From the NCBI GenBank assembly GCA_963664115.2, contig CAXWPJ010000002.1, positions 1 through 64,000 on the forward strand: a stretch of DNA of 64,000 bases, written 5' to 3'. The DNA comes from Terriglobia bacterium (lineage in GTDB: Bacteria > Acidobacteriota > Terriglobia > 20CM-2-55-15). Of this stretch, positions 58,180 through 64,000 are shown in pieces; the first letter of the stretch is position 1, and each line of letters starts with the position of its first letter. Position numbers and translations under genes: made by a program. The notes beneath the pieces are model-generated. The model was given only the letters and a program-made list of their open reading frames with translations. It was not told the DNA's origin and made no database searches.

Positions 58180-61100
58180 ATGCGTTTTAGTCGCCTCGAC
58201 CTTATACGTTACGGCATATTTACAGATCATTCGATTGACCTTCCCGGTCCGGACGGATCGGGAGCACCAGATTTTCACCTGATCGTCGGCCCGAACGAGG
58301 CAGGTAAGTCCACCATTCGCCACGCCATTTCCGACCTTCTTTTCGGCATTGAAGGCCGTTCCCGTTTTGACTTCCTGCACGGCAAAAGTGAAATGCGCCT
58401 GGGTGCTCTGCTGGAAAATGCTGACGCCCGGCTTGATTTCCATCGGCTGAAACGTAACAAGCAGCCACTTCGAAGGCCAGATGACGGCTTGCTGCCCGAT
58501 GACGCACTGGCTCCATATACAGGCAATGCGGATCGCATGTCGTTCGAACGGGAATTCTGCCTCGATCATGCTCGACTGGCGGCGGGTGGACAGAGCATTC
58601 TGAACTCCAAGGACGACGTGGGCCGCATGCTGTTCGAGGCGTCTGCCGGAGTTGGTGTGTTCGGCGAGCTTCTCGACCGTCTGGATCAGGAAGCGGCAGC
58701 TCTGTGGAGCCGTCACCGCTCAAAGGACCGAGAATATTACAAGGCACTTGACGCTTTCAATAACGCAAAGAGAGCAGTCAGGGAAGCCACCGCTCGAACC
58801 AAGGAGTGGAAAGACAAGAACATGAAGGTCGCCGAGGCGTCGGGAGCTCTGGCCTCCGCTAAGTACCTCCACGACGAACTGGAACAAACGCGAACGCGAC
58901 TCGACCGGGTCCGCCGTGTCGCGCCGCACCTTCAGACCCGTAAATCGAGAATCGACGACTGCGCCGCACTCGGTGACGTCATTGTTCTACCTGAAGACGC
59001 CGCCGAGGACCTGAACGCCGTCAAGAAAGATATGAAGGATGCCGACCGGTTGCTTCTCGAACACCAGGCGCTGATCGACAAGGCCGTCAAGGACAGAGAT
59101 GACGTTTCGGTGGACGATGCTGTTCTGGCTCGCAAGGAAGACATCAATAATCTGCGCGACGAAAACAGTCGTACCAAGAATCACACACTCGATATCGCCA
59201 AACGCGAGGCCGAATCTTTGGCTCTGAGCAAGAACATCAAAGCGCTTGTCAGAGATCTCGGTTGGGACATGGCTGAGGAGGAAAGCCTTGACGGAGCACT
59301 TCCATCGGCGGTGTTACGCAAAGACATCGAGACCCTGGCCAACACGCATGGGGGACTCGACCAAGCGCTGACCAGCGCAGCAGAGAACGTAAAACGGAAA
59401 GAACACGACATCGTCGGTGTATCCGATGACCTTAAATCCGTGCCCGACATTCAGCTTCCGCCAGACATCAAATTGTCGCTGGCTGGAGCCCGCACTCTCG
59501 GTAATACCGAAGACTCTAGAGTCGAGCTCAAAAAACGTATTGAACGTGCTAATGACCAGATTCAAGTCCAATTCGCCAGAATGCGCCCCTGGACGGGCTC
59601 GGTTTCGGATTTGCGCCAGTTGGCTGTTCCGAGTGATGAAGAGGTCCAGGAGTTCAAGAACAAGGAGCACACCATTGTCAGCGAACAAAAAAGTGTCAAG
59701 GATCAACGCGAGGAAACTGACGGCGAGTTAAAGGCCCTTGAACTCAGGGAAAGTAGTTTCCAGAAAAGTCATCAACCAATAACGCCCGAGGATATCGCGT
59801 CCTCGCGCCAGGACAGAGACGAATTGTGGGCAGAAATACGATCAGGAACAAAAGCACTGGATGCAGCTGGCGACGATTACGAAGCTCGCCTTACGGCTTC
59901 CGATGACTTGACGGACCGTCGGTACCTGAACGCAGAACAAGCAAAGGAACTGGAACATATTCGCAGCGAAATCACTAGCCGGAAGCACAAATGTGAAAGA
60001 CAAGACGGAAAGATCAAGGAAATTGACGAGCAACACACAAGACTGATGGCCGACTGGGGGGAGATTACAAAGAGACTTGGTCTGGGCGACAAAGGAATCT
60101 CGCCAATCCAGACATGGCTCGGCAATTATCGAAGCGCCTTGATCGAAGCCGAGAAGCTGGCAAACGAAGAAAGAGACCTTCGCGACGTAGAAAGCAAGGA
60201 AGCGGCGGCAACGACAGACCTTCGCCAGGCCCTCGTGCAAGCCGGTATTCAAGAGGAGACGATCGCAGCATTCGCACTACAAAGACTGATTGACGAGGCT
60301 GAAGCCATGGTTTCAGAAGCAGAAACTACAAAAGCCCGGCGCGACCAGCTAGAAGAACAACTCAAACGGGATCGCAAAGATCTGCTGGACCTCAAGGACG
60401 AGGCCGCCGACTCCCAGCAACAACTGGACGTTTGGAACGCGGCGTGGTCCGAGAAAACCAAGGCCGCCGGGTTACCTGATAAGGTTACCCCGCAGACTGC
60501 AATCACAGCGCTGGCTCTAATGACCGAGCTAAAAGAGAAACTTAAGGAAAATCGAGATTTGAAGCAATCCCGAATCGAGGCTATGCAACGTGATATCGAG
60601 AACTTCGAACACAACGCACAGACTTTGGCGCAAGCCATCGCGCCGGACTTGACCAAACATCCCGTAGCAGACGTCAGCACCACACTTTACCAACAACTAA
60701 CCAAGACTGAACAGGCGAGAGATATTCAGGAAAAAGCGAAAAGCGATCTTGAGGAAAACACGGAACGACATGCGAAAGCGCAACTTTTGAAGAACGAAGC
60801 AGAAGCTCGACTCGCTCCCCACATGGAGTTGGCGAAGACCACCAGCATCGCCGACCTTGAAACGGCGATCGGGCGCTCACAAAGGTTTCGCCAACTGACC
60901 GGTGACATTGAGGATGCGACTGCCACGGTTCTAGAACTGGGTGATGGTCTGTCCATGGATGAGCTTGAAGCTGAAGCTGCTGATGAAGACTTGCCTACCA
61001 TCCAAGTACGCCTCAACGAAGTAAAAGAACAGAGCAATGCGGCAATGACTAACCGCGACGACTGCCTATCACAACTGAAAGACGCCAAAATGGAATTAGC

Positions 61101-61656
61101 CAAGATTCACGGCCAAGCAGATGCGGCGTCGGCTGAAGCCGATCGCCAGGCAGCCTTAGCACGAATGGCGGAAGTCACAGAGAGATTTATAAAGGTTCAC
61201 ATGGGTGCGCGCCTGTTACGGTGGTCGATTGAACGTTACCGCGATGAAAAGCGTGGCCCCTTACTGGAGCGGGCCAGCGGAATATTTTCAACTTTGACCC
61301 TGGGGTCATTCCAAAACCTGCAAATCGATTACGACGGCAACACGCCGCAGCTCATGGGCCGCCGTCCGGATGGAAAGCATGTAGATTTCGACGGACTGAG
61401 CGAAGGCACCGGAGATCAGCTCTTCCTGTCCCTCCGTCTCGCCGCCGTTGAGATGCAGTTGCAACACGCCCAACCCCTCCCCTTTATCGCCGACGACCTT
61501 TTCATCAAGTACAGCGATGATCGCGCCACCCAGGGCTTCAAGGCACTTGGCGAACTGGCAACGAAATCCCAGGTCATTTACTTCACCCATCACGACCACT
61601 TGGTCGACATTGCGCGTGGAGCCATCGGCGAAGAGCTGAACGTGACCCGGCTTTAG
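58180..61656 (+). CDS. SMC/Rad50-like coiled-coil ATPase (YhaN/AAA_27 family)
   Basis: GPNEAGKST Walker A, long coiled coil, LSEGTGDQL signature, IADD Walker B, FTHH. Confidence 0.92.
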   Translation: MRFSRLDLIRYGIFTDHSIDLPGPDGSGAPDFHLIVGPNEAGKSTIRHAISDLLFGIEGRSRFDFLHGKSEMRLGALLENADARLDFHRLKRNKQPLRRPDDGLLPDDALAPYTGNADRMSFEREFCLDHARLAAGGQSILNSKDDVGRMLFEASAGVGVFGELLDRLDQEAAALWSRHRSKDREYYKALDAFNNAKRAVREATARTKEWKDKNMKVAEASGALASAKYLHDELEQTRTRLDRVRRVAPHLQTRKSRIDDCAALGDVIVLPEDAAEDLNAVKKDMKDADRLLLEHQALIDKAVKDRDDVSVDDAVLARKEDINNLRDENSRTKNHTLDIAKREAESLALSKNIKALVRDLGWDMAEEESLDGALPSAVLRKDIETLANTHGGLDQALTSAAENVKRKEHDIVGVSDDLKSVPDIQLPPDIKLSLAGARTLGNTEDSRVELKKRIERANDQIQVQFARMRPWTGSVSDLRQLAVPSDEEVQEFKNKEHTIVSEQKSVKDQREETDGELKALELRESSFQKSHQPITPEDIASSRQDRDELWAEIRSGTKALDAAGDDYEARLTASDDLTDRRYLNAEQAKELEHIRSEITSRKHKCERQDGKIKEIDEQHTRLMADWGEITKRLGLGDKGISPIQTWLGNYRSALIEAEKLANEERDLRDVESKEAAATTDLRQALVQAGIQEETIAAFALQRLIDEAEAMVSEAETTKARRDQLEEQLKRDRKDLLDLKDEAADSQQQLDVWNAAWSEKTKAAGLPDKVTPQTAITALALMTELKEKLKENRDLKQSRIEAMQRDIENFEHNAQTLAQAIAPDLTKHPVADVSTTLYQQLTKTEQARDIQEKAKSDLEENTERHAKAQLLKNEAEARLAPHMELAKTTSIADLETAIGRSQRFRQLTGDIEDATATVLELGDGLSMDELEAEAADEDLPTIQVRLNEVKEQSNAAMTNRDDCLSQLKDAKMELAKIHGQADAASAEADRQAALARMAEVTERFIKVHMGARLLRWSIERYRDEKRGPLLERASGIFSTLTLGSFQNLQIDYDGNTPQLMGRRPDGKHVDFDGLSEGTGDQLFLSLRLAAVEMQLQHAQPLPFIADDLFIKYSDDRATQGFKALGELATKSQVIYFTHHDHLVDIARGAIGEELNVTRL

Positions 61657-61949
61657 TCCGAGGCTCGTTGTATCCCCCACACAATCTCTGTTTCCAGGCG
61701 GCCAACAACAGACTGACCTCGTTTTTCTGGCGGTTGAGCTTCAAGCCCGATTAGGCACTCATGGACATGAGGTGTCTGACCATGCACCAAACAACTAACG
61801 TTCGCAAACGCCATTCAGTTGATCGCTGGCCGACGCCGGATGATCCTGTAGAAATCGTCTGTTGTTTCTGGAGCGTTCGACGGCATATTCGCATGATTTG
61901 ATGCGGTGACTGACTCCGGCAACGTGTCGATCGCGAAACCAGTCCGCGA

Positions 61950-62894
61950 CTATTTCAACAAGTGTGTCAGCTGGAGATTCTTCAACAAGCGGTGTATGCA
62001 CTTGGGATGCAGCCCGAGTAAGGCGGCGGCTTCGTTGTAGTCTCCGTCGGCACGGTGGAAAGCGGTCTCGAAGAGGCGGCGCTTCGTCCGGTGGAGGACT
62101 TCGTGGTACGTCCCCATATCACGGTCGGGGGAGCGGGGCGCCTCATCGAACAGATCCTCGGGAAGATCTCCGGGCAACAGGACGTCCGACGCCCCCAGGA
62201 CGATGGCCCGTTCAATCACGTTTTCGAGTTGCCGCACGTTGCCGGGCCAGTCGTATTCGGTCAGGATTGATTCAGCCCTGGATGAGATGCCCTGCACCGC
62301 GCGCCCAAGCTCCCGGCCATGTTTAGAAGCAAAGTGCCACGCCAGCGCCAGGATGTCTTTCCGTCGTTCCCTTAGCGGAGGTGTTCTCACCGTGAGCACC
62401 TTGAGCCGATAGTAGAGGTCCTCGCGAAACTCCCCTGCAGTTACAGCTGTCTTCAGGTCGCGGTTGGTCGCCGCACTGACACGCACGTCCACCGCTATAG
62501 GTTCGACGCCCCCAATCCGGTCGACAGCCCTCTCCTGAAGGGCCCGCAGCAGCTTGGCTTGAAGGGGGAGGCCGAGTTCCCCGATCTCATCCAGAAACAG
62601 GGTGCCTCCGGTGGCCAGCTCGAACTTGCCTTTTTTGGCGCGGACCGCGCCGGTAAACGCGCCGCTTTCATAACCGAATAACTCACTTTCCAGAAGGTTT
62701 TCCGGCAGGGCCGCGCAGTTAACGGCGACCAAACGCCGTCCGGATCGCCTGCTCTGCCGGTGAAGCGACTGGGCGACCAGTTCCTTCCCGGTCCCGCTCT
62801 CGCCCTCGATGAGGACCGTGGAGTTTGTAGGCGCAACCAGGGCGATGAATCGTGCCAGTTCGGCCATCGGGGCGCTGTCGCCGATCATCATCAT
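61950..62894 (-). CDS. Sigma54 enhancer-binding protein lacking an N-terminal regulatory domain
   Basis: [31 protein letters not shown]-terminal Fis HTH; the AAA+ domain starts at residue 4. Confidence 0.92.
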   Translation of the reverse strand: MMMIGDSAPMAELARFIALVAPTNSTVLIEGESGTGKELVAQSLHRQSRRSGRRLVAVNCAALPENLLESELFGYESGAFTGAVRAKKGKFELATGGTLFLDEIGELGLPLQAKLLRALQERAVDRIGGVEPIAVDVRVSAATNRDLKTAVTAGEFREDLYYRLKVLTVRTPPLRERRKDILALAWHFASKHGRELGRAVQGISSRAESILTEYDWPGNVRQLENVIERAIVLGASDVLLPGDLPEDLFDEAPRSPDRDMGTYHEVLHRTKRRLFETAFHRADGDYNEAAALLGLHPKCIHRLLKNLQLTHLLK

Positions 62895-63472
62895 TTTCTC
62901 TCAGAGAAGGGGTTCTTGTTGTGAATCCAGAACACCAATATTCCAAGCAACAGGACAAACACCGTCGCCCTTGCCAGACCCGGCGGGACCGCAGCCCCTG
63001 GAACCCATGTCAGAAAGAAGAGGATCCCCGCCTGAACTGCGAGCAAGGTGCCCGACAAGACCCGTGCACATGCGTGCCAGGCCGGCGTTTGCCGAAGCCA
63101 GTGGACGGTAACGAGCGCGCCGATTAACAACAAGACAGGTTCCGGATGGGGTCCCGGTGCAGTGTCTGGAGCATTCGGCAGGAGGAACAATGGGATTAAT
63201 GTCGCCGCCAGTATCAAACGAAACCGACGCGATATCAGGGTCTGGGTCTGGAACGAGTCCACAGGAGGCGTCGAGAGCCACACACGGATCCGCTCTGCCA
63301 GGATGAAAGGGATTGTCTGGTATAGATCCCTGAGATATCCGAGCCGGGACACATACTCTTCGCGCATGTCGCCTATGACATGCTCGCGGGAGGCGGGAGG
63401 CAGCGTGCGCCGGACAATCGCTTCAATGAATCGGGGCGGCCGTGGGCTTATCTTGCCGGATTGGGTTTCCAT
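62891..63472 (-). CDS. Membrane protein with permease-prefix-like N-terminus
   Basis: PRPPRFIE..LPPASREHVIGDMREEY then about four TM helices; overlaps padR and the activator start. Start uncertain (63472 or 63502). Confidence 0.7.
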   Translation of the reverse strand: METQSGKISPRPPRFIEAIVRRTLPPASREHVIGDMREEYVSRLGYLRDLYQTIPFILAERIRVWLSTPPVDSFQTQTLISRRFRLILAATLIPLFLLPNAPDTAPGPHPEPVLLLIGALVTVHWLRQTPAWHACARVLSGTLLAVQAGILFFLTWVPGAAVPPGLARATVFVLLLGILVFWIHNKNPFSERK

Positions 63473-63816
63473 TTTCTGGATCTCCCATTGCCGGGTATCC
63501 ATGCCCGAACCGCGTCGTAAACGCGCTTGGCGGTTTCCGCTGACTCTTTCAACGCACGTTCGCCCAGGGGTTCCAGGCGGAAATAACGCTTGGACTTCCC
63601 GCCGCGCTCCGGAGTCGGGTCGGCGAGCCACGACCGAACATAGCCCTTTTCTTCCAGCCGCATCAGTGTGACCGACACCGGTCCCCGTTTGACCGGCTTA
63701 CCGGCGAGGTCTGTGACGGTGTGCTGAATCGGTACCGTGTAGGCCTCTTCGCCCAGGGTCACGATGGCCGTGAGAACGAGCTGTTCAAACTGTCCAAGTG
63801 TATCCTTTGTCGTCAT
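63448..63816 (-). CDS. PadR-family transcriptional regulator
   Basis: LGQFEQLVL, TLMRLEEKGYV, PTPERGGKSKRYF. Confidence 0.92.
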   Translation of the reverse strand: MTTKDTLGQFEQLVLTAIVTLGEEAYTVPIQHTVTDLAGKPVKRGPVSVTLMRLEEKGYVRSWLADPTPERGGKSKRYFRLEPLGERALKESAETAKRVYDAVRAWIPGNGRSRKWKPNPAR

Positions 63817-63821
63817 TATCG

Positions 63822-63853
63822 CTACATTGTAGTTAAATGGCTTTGGGCGTCAA
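63822..63853 (-). promoter_or_regulatory. padR promoter with overlapping palindrome
   Basis: TTGACG-16-TACAAT; CTACATTGTAG palindrome over the -10. Confidence 0.65.
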
Positions 63854-63871
63854 CCTTTTTTTCGCCCAAAC

Positions 63872-63978
63872 GGGTAGCCTGATGGTTACCCCAGTAGCCG
63901 GAAAGCTACTGGAACAATTCCTTCCAGCTCCGCTTTCACACACCCTATCAATACCTTAGTGAATGGCGCATCGCATGC
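63872..63978 (+). promoter_or_regulatory. Putative sigma54 promoter with two upstream palindromic activator sites
   Basis: GGGTAGCC-TGAT-GGTTACCC and CCAGTAGC-CGGAAA-GCTACTGG, then TGGCGCATCGCATGC (GG-N10-GC) and AAAGGAG RBS at the window end. Confidence 0.6.
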
Positions 63979-64000
63979 CTTAAGCGGTCGTTGAAAGGAG

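Noticed and set aside
1-64000. CRISPR array, rRNA, prophage or integron integrase
   Set aside because: No regularly spaced repeats, rRNA-like sequence, phage structural genes or IntI motifs seen.

Overview
Bacterial chromosome segment, most likely Acidobacteriota (inferred from a PadR plus permease-prefix pair, DUF6152-type secreted proteins and Ser/Thr kinase-PD40 tail motifs). Positions 1-14 kb are an accessory region of secreted hydrolases: asparaginase, a Tat alpha/beta hydrolase, three metallo-beta-lactamase-fold proteins and a Tat-exported ThDP enzyme with a cytochrome/HhH partner. This region is punctuated by three orphan 3' ends of a kinase-PD40 gene, an IS256 nested in an IS3 remnant, and an IS1380 abutting a truncated hybrid kinase. 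Positions 15-52 kb are mostly core genes (argS, larC, metG, tatD, ispB, PBP1A, lepA, glucokinase, nupC, a ccm cluster with a CxxxY-type CcmE, frameshifted VKOR, dsbA, queF, tkt), many apparently leaderless. Two unannotated sRNA candidates lie here, one a GGA-loop CsrB/Rsm-like RNA. Positions 52-64 kb are a second accessory region: a decayed outer-membrane barrel plus two ferritin-like genes, two degenerate tRNA-Leu relics each followed by a toxin-antitoxin pair (vapBC, higBA), an Mre11-like/SMC-like YhaO-YhaN pair, and a PadR-membrane protein-bare sigma54 activator module with a divergent sigma54 promoter. No CRISPR, rRNA or intact tRNA was seen. All family assignments are by motif recognition, not database search.
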